A DNA stretch of 64,000 nucleotides. Origin: Camelus ferus (Eukaryota). The notes beneath the pieces were generated by a model. It saw only the letters and a list, made by a program, of their open reading frames with translations. It was not told where the DNA came from and did not search any database. Within the stretch, counting starts at the first letter, position 1; each line of letters begins with the position of its first letter. Position numbers and translations under genes: made by a program. Of the stretch, positions 13,025 through 24,143 are shown in pieces. The stretch covers positions 17,608,001 to 17,672,000 of the forward strand of contig NC_045717.1 of assembly GCF_009834535.1 (NCBI RefSeq), written 5' to 3'.

Positions 13025-13530
13025 AAAAAGGAAGGAAATTCTGACACAGGCTACAACGTGGCTGCCCTTGAAGACATTATATCTAAGTGAGAGATGCCAG
13101 TCACAAAAGGACAAATCCTGTGTGATTCCACTTATGTGAGGCTCTTGGAATAGGAAAATGAATAGAAATGGAAAGTAGGATTGTTAAGTGCCAGGGGCTG
13201 AAGGAGGGGAGAACGAGGAGTTAGTGGGATTTTTTTTTCCCCTGGGGGCAGATAATTAGGCTTATTCATTTTTAACAGGAGTACTGGGGATTGAACCCAG
13301 GACCTGATGCATCCTAAGCAGGCACTCTACCACTGAGCTATACTCTCCCCACAGGAGTTAGTGTTTAGTGGGGCCAGAGTTTCAGATCTACAAGATTAAA
13401 GAGCTATAGGTGTGGGTGGTGGTGATGGTTGCATAATAAGTGAATGAATTGGATACCACTGAACTGTCCACTTATAAATGGTTAAGATGGTAACTGTTGT
13501 ATTTTATCACAATAAAAATATTTTAAAAAC
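13025..13530 (+). mobile_element. L1MB-like 3' end interrupted by a SINE
   Basis: gccagtcacaaaaggacaaatcctgtgtgattccacttat ... ggttaagatgg ... caataaaaat; split at 13227-13352. Confidence 0.7.
13227..13352 (-). mobile_element. camelid tRNA-Ala-derived SINE (Vic-1-like)
   Basis: Box A/Box B tRNA-like head plus CCTAATTA..C-rich/A tail; 11-bp target-site duplication AGGAGTTAGTG at 13216-13226 and 13353-13363. Confidence 0.88.
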
Positions 13531-13787
13531 AAAGAGATAGTACAGAGATATTCTGCCTATTCTTTACTAAGTCTCCCCCGATGATCATATCTTGCAACAC
13601 TATAATACAATATCACAACCAGGAGATTGACATCACTACCGGCAGGATACAGAACAGTTCAGCATCACAAAGATCCTTCTGGTTGCATTCTTATAGCCGT
13701 ACCCACCTAGCCCCTATCTCTGCACTTGGGCAACCAGCAATCTGTTCTCCATTTCTATAATTTTGTCATTTTAAGAACGTTATATAT

Positions 13788-14092
13788 GGGGAGGTTATAG
13801 CTCAATGGTAGAGTGCACGCCTAGTATACGTGGGGTCCTGGATTTGATCCCCAGTACCTCCATTTTTAAAAAGTTTAAAATAAATTAATTAATTAAACTA
13901 AAAAAGAAAGGGGAGGGTATAGCAATTTTTTTTTTAAAGGAGGGGATGGTTACAGCAAAATAAAAAAAGGGGGAGGAGGGCATAGCTCAGTGGTAGAGTG
14001 CATGCCTAGCATGCATGAGGTCCAGGGTTCAATCCCCAGTGCCTCCATTAAAAAAAAAAACCTAACTACTACTCCCCCAAAAAACAAAAAAC
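13788..14092 (+). mobile_element. stack of Vic-1-like SINEs: two full heads and two 3'-truncated heads
   Basis: Full heads at 13788 and 13969 (TAGCTCA(A/G)TGGTAGAG ... G(A/G)TT(T/C)(G/A)ATCCCCAG); stubs at 13910-13923 and 13939-13956. Confidence 0.85.
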
Positions 14093-14127
14093 TAGTTTTG
14101 TTATTGTCATAATTAAAAAAAATGTAT

Positions 14128-14778
14128 TATGAGCCAGCAATCCCTGGGTATATATCCAGAGGGAACCTTAATTCAAAAAGATACATGCNNNNNNNNNNNN
14201 NNNNNNNNNNNNNNNNNNNNNNNNNNNNNNNNNNNNNNNNNNNNNNNNNNNNNNNNNNNNNNNNNNNNNNNNNNNNNNNNNNNNNNNNNNNNNNNNNNNN
14301 NNNNNNNNNNNNNNNNNNNNNNNNNNNNNNNNNNNNNNNNNNNNNNNNNNNNNNNNNNNNNNNNNNNNNNNNNNNNNGAAGTAAGCCAGAAAGAGAAAGA
14401 AAAATACCATATGATATCACTTACATGTGGAATCTAAAAAAAAAAAAAAGACAAATAAACGTATTTACAAAACAGAAACAGACTCACAGACATAAAAATC
14501 AAACTTATTGTTACCAGGTGGGGAAGGAGTTGGGAAGAGATAAATTGGGAGTTTGACATTTGCAGATACTAACTACTATATATAAAATAGATAAACAACA
14601 AGTTTATACTGTATGGCACAGGGAACTGTATTCAATATCTTGTAGTAACATGGTTAAAAAGAATATGAAAATGAATATATGTATGTTGCTATATGACTGA
14701 AGTATTGTGCTGTACCCCAGAAACTGACACATTGTAAACTGACTTTTATTTGTATATCAATAAAAATATATCAAAAAA
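14128..14778 (+). mobile_element. younger artiodactyl-type L1 3' end, containing an N gap at 14189-14377
   Basis: ccagcaatccc..tatccagag..aaagatacatgc[N]gaagtaagccag..atatcacttacatgtggaatcta..aaaacagaaacagactcacagac..cagggaactgtattcaatatcttgta. Confidence 0.85.
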
Positions 14779-14779
14779 G

Positions 14780-15800
14780 GTATTTACAAGCCATAAAATG
14801 CACCCTTTTTGGTGTACAGTACTATGAGATTTGACAAAGGAATACAGTAGTGTCACCAACACTACAATCAAGATAGAGAAGAATTCCATCACCCTCAGAA
14901 TTCCCTTGCTCCCCCCAACCCCCCATCTGCCAGCTCCTGGCAGCCATTAATCTGTTTTCTGTTCCTATATTGTCTTTTTGAGAATGTCCTGTAAATGGAA
15001 TCATCTATCAGGTAGCCTCTTGAGTCCTTTGAAAGAAATGAGTCTTCTTTCACTTCGCATAATGGATTTGAGATTCATTCACGTTATGTGTATCAAGAGC
15101 CCATTCTTTTTTATGGCAGAGGGGTAGTCTATTGTGTGGACAAGCCACAGGTTGTTTACTCATGCCCCAGGTGAAGGACGTCTGTGTTGTTTCCAGTTTT
15201 TGAAGATTATGAATAAGGCTGCTGTAAAAACGTATGTACAATTTTTTTAAAGCCGAAATACCATTCACATATCATCAAAGTCACCCTTTAAGGTTCACAA
15301 TTCAGAGGCATTTAGTACATTCACAGTGTTATGCAATTTCACCATTATCTGATTCCAGAATATTTCCATCACCTCAAAAAGAAACCCTACATACCCATGA
15401 GCAGTCNNNNNNNNNNNNNNNNNNNNNNNNNNNNNNNNNNNNNNNNNNNNNNNNNNNNNNNNNNNNNNNNNNNNNNNNNNNNNNNNNNNNNNNNNNNNNN
15501 NNNNNNNNNNNNNNNNNNNNNNNNNNNNNNNNNNNNNNNNNNNNNNNNNNNNNNNNNNNNNNNNNNNNNNNNNNNNNNNNNNNNNNTCGTTCCTTGTTAT
15601 GACTGGATAAAACATAATTACTACCCTCCTCAACCCCCCCTAAACTATTTTTATTATTGTTACCATTTAAAAATGTATTTACAATCCATAAAATGCACCC
15701 TTTTCAGTTTACAGTACTATGAACTTTGACAAAGGAATGAAGCCATGTCATCAACACTACAATCAAGATGGAGAACAGTTCCATCACCCTCAAGATGGGC
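14780..15800 (-). mobile_element. old L1M fragments, antisense, containing an N gap at 15407-15586
   Basis: Reversed L1M 3' phrases (gtaaatggaatcat, gagattcattcacgtt, tatgaataaggctgctg, gaatatttccatcacc). Confidence 0.6.
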
Positions 15801-16553
15801 AGCCACTACATTGTATCCACCTTGAAGGATGCATGGTGCATATTAGCATATTAAAAGCTCTGACAAGTCCTGCAATAAAGAACAACTGTGTTATATAACC
15901 CAAATTTAGACACTGAATTGCTTTTCTCAAGCAATAGCAGCATCTTCATCCTCCTGTTCCCCCTCATCTCCAGTGCACACCTCATCTAGCTTATTCACCA
16001 TTATGTGCCTAGAACTGGCTTATATCCAATGCTCAACTTTTTTTTTTTTTGGTTACGTTAATTATCTCATTACCTCTTCAGAACAACTCTACTAGGTAGG
16101 TACTAATATAATTTCCAACTTACAAACAAGGCTCAGAGAAACCAGATGACTTGTCTAAGACCACACCACTAGTGGGTAGAGAGCTAGAATTTGACCTAGG
16201 GTGCGCTCACAGCCTCTCCACCACCCTGCCCATCTCTCAAAGGTGCCCCATAACCCCAGTCTCACCTGGTGGTGGTAGGTGTGGTCTCCCCACTGAGGTC
16301 TGCCCTGTGACCTCCCACAACCCTTCTTGCCCTGGTGGCTGTAGGCACACCCAGGCTGTTGCCCAGAGAGCTCAGCTGTAACTTGAGTCTCACCCAGCCT
16401 GGGGGTGATGGGGCGGGTGGGCAGGTGACAGCCAGGGCAGGGACATTTGCCCAGACACTGGTGCGTGGCAGCCTGGCAACCTGTGTGGCCCTGAGGAGAT
16501 TGGGGGCTTAGGCAGCGTGTTCCAGAGTATTCCAGGAGGCAGTGGTCTTCACC

Positions 16554-19500
16554 ATGGGCAACAAGCATACCGTGTTCACTCATGAGCAGCTGGAAGCGTA
16601 TCAGGTAGGGGTGATGGGCTGGACCCCAGTGGGTTTGGCAGCCTTGGTTTCCTGGCCTGAGAAATGCAGACGGCATCCCTTTGTCCCTGGTGTGCAGTCA
16701 GCCAGCGATCCTGGCGCCACTCTGTGTGTGGCAGCAGGCAGCAATGGGCTTGGGGTTGTGGGAGAGGAAGGAGGTCCCCCCTTCCCAACCAGGCAGGGTC
16801 TGGACCAAGCCAAAATCTCTCTCGGCAGGACTGCACCTTCTTCACGAGGAAGGAAATCATGAGGTCAGTCTGGGGAGGAAGCAAGGGAAGACCTGGAAAC
16901 TGTCTGTATGTTGCTGGATTTGCAATTTGACGGCACTCAATGCTTCACAGGGGTTTGAGTGATAATGAGATCGCATGCATGGTCAGTGGATGGACGCCGA
17001 GGGGGAAGACTGGGAACTCGCATCTGGCCACATTGTCCTGCCTTGAGGCTGACGAGCTTGGGCTTTCTCCCAAGGGCGGCAGGGAGCCGTAGAGAGTGTG
17101 TGAGCTGGGGAGAGGCAGATCCTCCTGAGGCGAGCCTTGAAGAGGCTGGGAACCAGGGGCAGCCCTGGGCTGTGGGGTCGGCATTAAGGCTGGATCTGGG
17201 GAGAAGGCCTGAGGCGGCTGCATGTCCCTGGTGTGAGCCAGATGGGCATGGGTGGCTATTCCACCTCATCACTCGGCCCATGGAGTGATTGTCCAGAGGC
17301 CTTGACCCATGAACTTGGAGCTGTGAAACCCAAGCTGGCTGGGGTTTGGCTTCAGAGTAATCGAGGCCAAGGCCCCAGTTGTGTGGGCACGGGACATCCA
17401 TTATTGATGGGCACACCTTTCACCAGTGAGCCCCATTGTCGGAGTGAGGACAGCTTGCAGGGTCACCTTGGCCATCATAATTGGATTACTGATGGGGAAA
17501 CTTGAGGCTCGGACAGGGGATGGTGACCCCAGGCCCCTGGGTAGATGGGCAGAGCCCCAAGGAGTTTGAGGGCTAACATTCTGCCTGTCTCAAGCTTCTT
17601 GTTAGACAGACCTACCAAGGGGAAGAGAAGGGGGACTTGCTCAAGGTCATACAGAAACCCAAACCCAAACCCAGGCTATTCTCCGAGGGGACCCAGGACT
17701 GAAGTTCCAGATACCCCCTCCTCAAGTTCCTAGCCATCATGTGATCCAGGGGCTCCTGTCTCCCTCAGAGACAGTCCCTGGCAACTTGGGGACCTCTGAC
17801 CCATCAAGGATGGGCTCCATAAGGCTGCTGCTCAGCAGGCCCCAAGGACAGTATGGCATCACCAGGTGAGGGCACTGGAGTGGAGAGCTGGCCTCGCAAT
17901 CTAGGTATTGGATATGGCCTTTGGTGTTTTGCAAAATGCCTTTCATTAACCCTTTCAAATATTAGCCTTTTGTCTTTGCTCCGGGGACCCTTGAGGGGAC
18001 CCTGTCCCACATGATAGAGGGAGAGATGAGGGTCTTTAGAGGCAGGGTCTTGACAACAGCCTGATGATAGCCAGAGATTCATAGATTGGCTCAGATTCTC
18101 TGAATTCTCATGTTGAATGACCTTACCTTAAGCATTCTCTTTTCTGCCAACCCTATCTGCCTGGTAAGATTCGACTCATGTTTCAAAGCCGGGCACCAAT
18201 GCCCCCTCCTCCAGGAAATCCTTCTTTCTCCCTGGCTTGCTTCCCCCAGTCTAATTCCTCCTTTCTCTGAGGCTGTCTACCTTGGTCCTGTCTCCAGGGG
18301 GATAAATGTGCCTGGGTCTGGCTCTGTGTGCATGAGGGTTGGGCCCAGAGCCGATGGCTCTTGGGGACCCAGCATCCTTCAGAGTAGAGTGAGCAGGTGT
18401 GAGAGTGAGAGAGGAGGCAAGCCCACCCCCCGTCTCCCAGTCTTTCTCATTGTTTCCCTCCCACACCAGGCTCTACTATCGCTATCAGGACCTGGCCCCC
18501 CAGCTTGTCCCTCTCGACTATACCAGCTGCCCTGATGTGAAGGTGCCCTACGAGCTCATTGGCACCATGCCTGAGCTGAAGGTATGCCCAGACTGTGGGG
18601 CAGGGAGGGAAAAAAACAGTAGAGATAGCCCTTGTTGCATTCCTGTGAGGTGGGTGCTGCAATTAGTCTCATTTTACAGATGAAGAAACTGAGGTCCAGA
18701 GAGGTTAAACTGCTTATTCATAGGCACAGTTAGGACATGACAGAGACAGGATTCAAACCCTGGTTTGTTGGGAAGATGAGACAGGACAATGCAGGTAAAG
18801 GGCTCAGTACAGGGTCTGTGGCATGGCAAGTCCTCATGGAACATTAGTTCTTTACATAATAGTAGCTATTAAATGCAGGTTCTTCTCAACTGGATGCTTG
18901 ACACATAGTTTGTGACTCTGGAGAGGACTTGTGGGGTGAGTGACTGTGAGTAGAGATTATTTTATTACAAGGGACAGAAACCTCATTCAAGAGAGACAGA
19001 ATGGGTTGGATCAACGTGAACAACAAAATGCAAGGATTGGGCCAGCATCAGGTACAACTGGAACCAGGGTCTCTGAGGATGTGTGTGGGAATCTTCCTCC
19101 ATCTTTCAGCTTCTCCAGGGAAGAGGCAGCCTGTCCTCTTGCGGTGGTGAAGGGAAACCCCCAACTGCCCCAGATTTCCTCCCATCAGCTCTGCAGCAAG
19201 CAAAAATAGGTCTCTCCACCCCAGCTTTTCAGAAACTGTCTCAGGGCAGCCTCTGATTGGCCAGTTTGAGTTACATGCCCATCCTGGAGGCACTCACGGT
19301 TGCTAGGTGAATGGAAATCTCTGATTGGCCTCACCTGGGTCATGGGACTGCCTCTCGAGCTGAAAGTGGGATCAACACCACCCAGATCACAGGAGAGGGG
19401 AGTAAAGTTGCCTAAAGTCCTCTCCAGGGACCTTGAGAGAGAGGGAGTCTTGGTGGGGGGTATTTGGAGGTTCCTAGGAATGTGGGTGCTGACAGTGAGA

Positions 19501-22395
19501 CCATGTGGAGCCCTTCTCCTGCCCCAGACCCTAGTTGGGGCTGGCCTCCCTGCTTCCTGTCTCTAGGACAATCCCTTCCGTCAGAGGATTGCCCAGGTCT
19601 TCTCGGAGGACGGGGATGGTCACATGACCTTGGACAACTTCCTGGACATGTTTTCTGTGATGAGCGAAATGGCTCCCCGCGACCTCAAAGCCTACTACGC
19701 TTTTAAAATTTATGGTGCGTGTAGGGCCCCGGAGGTGGGGGAAGTGGGAATAAGACCAGGTCTTGGGCCAGGGGCTGCTCTGCCATCACAAATGTCTCTC
19801 CAAGGGCTCAGAGGCCCTGCGTGGCCCTGCCCTTCACCCCACGCTGGTACCTCCCCTCCTCATCCCATTCCAGCCACACTGGCCTGGCTGTTTACCCAAC
19901 ACGTCAAACTCTTTCTGCCTCCGGGCCTTTGCCTCTGCTGTGCCCTTTGTCTAGGATATCTTTCCCCTGGATCCTTCTCACCTTGAAATTTAGGTCAAAA
20001 CTAGCCCTTTCCCTTTCCCCCCGATTCACTCTCCCTGCCACATCCTAGCATGGAGGTCCTGGGGAATTGAACCCAGGACCTCCTGCATGCTAAGCAGGTA
20101 CTCTACCACTGAGCTATACCCTCCCGCCCAGATCTGCTCACTTCTTACCAATTTTCTCTCTGAGGAGACCCAAGGGCAATGACATCGTCTGTTTTGGTCA
20201 CTACTGTCTTAGTTCCTGGCACACAGTAGGTATTCAATGAATACTTGTCAAATGAATGAATGAGTGCATGAAAATTTATCACAGTGGCTGGCACACAGTC
20301 AGCACTGTGGAAATGAATGAAAGAGGGAATGAATGAAAAACAATTAGTACACGCCTGGCACATAGTAGGTGCTCAACAAATGCTTGTTGAGTGAATGATT
20401 TCCCAGCAGGTCCCTGCCCAATTCCAAAGCAAGATCCAGCTTTTACCCAGGGTCTTGGGTTCCCTCTGGGCCCTTGTCCCTCATGGGGACAAGATGCGCC
20501 CACGACTGGCCCAGCCTGCCTGCCACCTGCTGTCCCCTTCCCCTATGTCCCCATCCATTCCATGCCACAGACTTTAACAATGATGACTACATCTGCGCTT
20601 GGGACCTGGAGCAGACGGTGACCAAGCTGACGCGGGGGGAGCTGAATGCTGAGGAGGTCAGCCTGGTGTGTGAGAAGGTGCTGGATGAGGCCGATGGGGA
20701 CCACGACGGGCGGCTGTCCCTGGAAGACTTCCAGAACATGATCCTTCGGGCACCAGACTTCCTCAGGTGACACTCCTTGCCACCCTACACAATCCTTTTC
20801 CACGTGTATGAGAGGGGCTCTTATGGAACAGGTTCACAGACTCCGTTTGGGAAATTTCCTCTGTTCATTCATTTGTGACCTTGGGGAACTCTCCTGCCCT
20901 CCCTGGTCTCAGTCCCTGCATCTTTAAAATGGGGATAGAGACCTTGTGGACACCTCCTGTGGGTGGACACAGCTCTTTGGGTGAGCGGAACATGGTTGGA
21001 CTTCAGCCTTGTCTTGCTTGAACATTTTGCGGTGAACAGACCGTACAACTGTACTTGGCAGCCCTGGGGAGAATCAGAGCCCATGCTGTAAGGCAGATAG
21101 CAAGGGTTCAATGAGTTGATACAGGGGGCGCCTTGCTACCTGCTTTTGTACCTCCCATGAGCTAAGAATGGCTTTTACATTTTTAATTGGTTGGGGGGAA
21201 AATCAAGTAAAAATCATACTCCACAACACACGAAAGTGATATGAAATTCAGTTTCCATGTCCATCAATAGTTTTATTGGCATACAGCCACGCCCATTTGT
21301 GTACATATTGTCTACGGCTGCTTTTGAGCTTTGAGGCAGAGTTGAGTCATTGGGCAAAGTTGGAAATATCAACTATATGGCCCTTTACAGAAAAAAATTC
21401 ACTGACCTCTGAGTTAGTACATGGGAAGAATTTAGAGCAGTGCCTGGCACACAGTAGGTGCTCAATAACTGTGTGTGTAATAACCATAGCTGTTGTAGTT
21501 ATTACCATTGGTGGTGTCCTTGCCTGCAAAGGGCCTCCTTCCTCTAACCTGGGATAAGTAAGGCTGGTCTCTTGACATAGAGACACGAATAATGACATCA
21601 GGACAAATCTCTTGCCACTAACTGAGCATCCTCTGTGTGTCCTGCCCTGCACATTTGTCCCCTTAGCCCTCACATTACCGCCCTTTGAAGGAGAGACAGC
21701 TATTATCCCCATTTTACAGAGGAGTAACTGAGGCCCAGAGACAGGGAGCCAGTCAGCGTCTAAGACAGAGCCAGGATGCAAACTCCAGTCCAAAGTAATA
21801 TGCTCTCCAAAACAGAAAGACATTTCATACAATATCACTTATGTGTGGAATCTAAAAAAAAGGGCACAAATGAACTTATTTACAAAACAGAAACAGACTC
21901 ACAGACATAGATAAGAAACATGGTTACCTGGGGCAAGGGGGTGGGAAGGGGTAGATTGGGAGTTTGAAATGTGCAGATACTAACTACTGTATATAACATA
22001 GATACACAACAAGTTTCCACTGTACAGCACAGGGAACTATACTCAATATCCTGTAGTAATACATGATGAAAAAGAATATAAAAAGGAATTTATGTATATG
22101 TATGACTGAAACATGATGCTGTACAGCAGAAATTGACACATTGTAAACTGCCTAGACTTCAATTGGAAAAAAAAAGCAAAAAAAGAAAAAAATTGATGTC
22201 ATCTCAACCCCCGTGGGGGTCAGGAGGGCCACGACCTAGGGTTTTTTGAGGGGGTCCATCTCCCGCTCCCGTGGCTCCCTGCCGGCCTCGGGAGGTGGTG
22301 GGAGTGTTGGGGAGGAGGAAGAGGGAAGGTTACCCACTGCCCGATGACAGACTCCTCTCCTCTTTGCACACAGCACATTCCACATCCGCATCTGA
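16554..22395 (+). CDS. CIB3: Calcium and integrin-binding family member 3, 187 aa, 6 exons
   Basis: Exons 16554-16604, 16829-16863, 18470-18581, 19567-19714, 20571-20766, 22374-22395 (564 nt), all [50 protein letters not shown]...EF-hand loops DFNNDDYIC and DGDHDGRLS...APDFLSTFHIRI*. Confidence 0.96.
18945..19415. mobile_element. old MaLR LTR (MLT1J/K/L-like) in CIB3 intron 3
   Basis: Two CTCTGATTGGCC motifs followed by (g/t)acatgccc / gggtcatg, a signature recalled for old MLT1 subfamilies. Confidence 0.45.
20051..20125 (-). mobile_element. Vic-1-like SINE head without a tail
   Basis: Minus strand GGGAGGGTATAGCTCAGTGGTAGAGTACCTGCTTAGCATGCAGGAGGTCCTGGGTTCAATTCCCCAGGACCTCCA. Confidence 0.85.
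21122..21410. mobile_element. MER58-like hAT DNA transposon
   Basis: ctaagaatggcttttacatt..ttttattggcatacagccacgcccatt..tggccctttacagaaaaaa..tgacctctg. Confidence 0.65.
21815..22192 (+). mobile_element. artiodactyl-type L1 3' end in CIB3 intron 5
   Basis: Clearly homologous to 14390-14770; A-rich tail at about 22168-22192. Confidence 0.85.
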
Positions 22396-22480
22396 GGGTA
22401 CCGCGGAGGAGGAGCCGGGCCGGAGGAAGGTGGGGTGATCCCTCATCCCCCTGTGGAATCTGATCTCCCTGGGCTTTGGG

Positions 22481-22486
22481 AATAAA
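22481..22486 (+). terminator. CIB3 poly(A) signal
   Basis: AATAAA 85 nt after the stop codon. Confidence 0.75.
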
Positions 22487-24031
22487 CACACATCACTGAG
22501 TCACAGCTGCTCAGAAAACAGGTTTGTCACCTTAAACCTGGCAAATGAGAGGGAGGCGGCCTAGGATCTCTCCTTCCTCTGTCACTGGGTGATCTTGGTG
22601 TGGCTGCACCCTCTCTGGGACATGAACTCCCCATTTGTTCTGGGAAAGGGCTGAATTCTAGATGGCTCTCCACTCTGGGGGCTGGAAGTGCCTCACTGTG
22701 GGTCTTGGTGGGCAGAGATGAGGTGTGGAGATCAAGCCATGCTGTCCCACCCCAGGCCTTCCCTATCCCCGGTGGCTCAAGTCTCCTTTTTTCCCCTCAA
22801 TCCCTGAATCCCTCGAGGGGACTAAAGCTTCATCTCCTCGTTGATTCAGTAGAACTGCCAGAGGAGGCCTCTGAGCGATGTGTGTGATGGGCATGTCATT
22901 CACCGAGGCTGGCACCACACTTTACAGTTTATGAAGCACCTGCTGGTCAGCCATCACATTGGCTCCTGTAACATTCCAGTAGGGTTGGCTGAGGAGCACT
23001 CACACTTCATTCAGAGGCAACAGAGTGACTTGCCCAAGGTCACACTTGCGAAGTCATCTGCAGAGGCAGACTTGAACCCAGGCCCACCACACTTCAGATC
23101 CCAGACCTCTACACTTTGCAGGTTTGGGAAGCCCCATACTCACTTCATTCATCCTTGGGGCCCAGACTAGAGCCCCAATCCATCCAAGGAGTGGTCATTC
23201 CTGCCACCAAGATCAGCCCCCAAGGATCATTCCAGATACCTCTACTGTATGTCATTTCAAGGGTGCCCACTCCAATCCTGACCCCCATTTACTAAGCACC
23301 TATTGTACGCCAAGGGCCGAGGTTTTATACACATTCTGCTGGTTCATCCTGAGAAAGAGGAACTGCCCTTCTCCTCATTTTCCAGATGAGGAAACAAGCC
23401 TAGAGAGGTTTAGTGACTTGCCAATGGTCACACAGCCCCACAATTCAAGATTCCGTCCAGAGGCCACCCCCAACCACAGTCCTGCACTGCCTCTTCCTTT
23501 TTAGAAGAGATCCGGTGTGTTCAGGATGGTATGGCCATAGATGGCTTCTCCCTTTCTAAAGGAAAGGGCCTCATACGCTTCTTCTAAAGCTGCCGTTGAT
23601 GTCAGGAGTGCTTACTGTGTGCCAAGTCCTCTGCAAGCCTCAGCTCCTTCATTTGCACAAGAACCCCAGGAAGAAGGCATGAACAGCCCTGTTTACAGAC
23701 AAGGACACACTCAAGAGTTGAGTCCTGGTGCAGGGGGTGTGGGGAAAGGGCTCAAAGTGACCGGGCTTCAAATCCTGGTGCTGACACACCAGCCATGTGA
23801 CCTTGGCCATGCCTCTCCTCCTCTCAGAACCTCGGTCTCTTCTTTAAAATGTGCAGAATGAGCCTACCTTATGGACCTGCTCAGGGGTGTAAAATAATGA
23901 ATGTGGAGAGACTGGTGTGGGGGCCTGGCACACAACAGGTGTCCCAGATTCCACTGCTGTAACATTATTATTATTCCTTAAATGACCAGGTCACCCCACT
24001 GGCAACTGCAGGACCAGACCCAGGCAATGTC

Positions 24032-24037
24032 TTTATT
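24032..24037 (-). terminator. HSH2D poly(A) signal
   Basis: AATAAA on the minus strand about 106 nt after the stop codon. Confidence 0.7.
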
Positions 24038-24143
24038 ATAGTTCTCAGGATCCTGATGGCTAGTGGGTAGTGGCCGAGAGCAAGAGGTCGGGCGTCAGCA
24101 GCCCCCCGCAGCGAGGGTCCCAGAACCAGGGTGAATCTCTCCC

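Noticed and set aside
13969-14048. Possible tRNA-Ala(AGC) genes (also 13788, 20051, 31320, 63830)
   Set aside because: Bulged or mismatched acceptor stems, SINE-type A/C-rich tails, TSDs on two copies and many diverged copies indicate tRNA-derived SINEs; tRNAscan-SE would be expected to call them pseudo.
20764-20770. CIB3 intron-5 read-through gives an immediate stop (AGG TGA), removing STFHIRI
   Set aside because: The donor is canonical and exon 6 with its AATAAA is intact; the sense L1 in this intron lacks an AATAAA, so there is no evidence for a truncated isoform.
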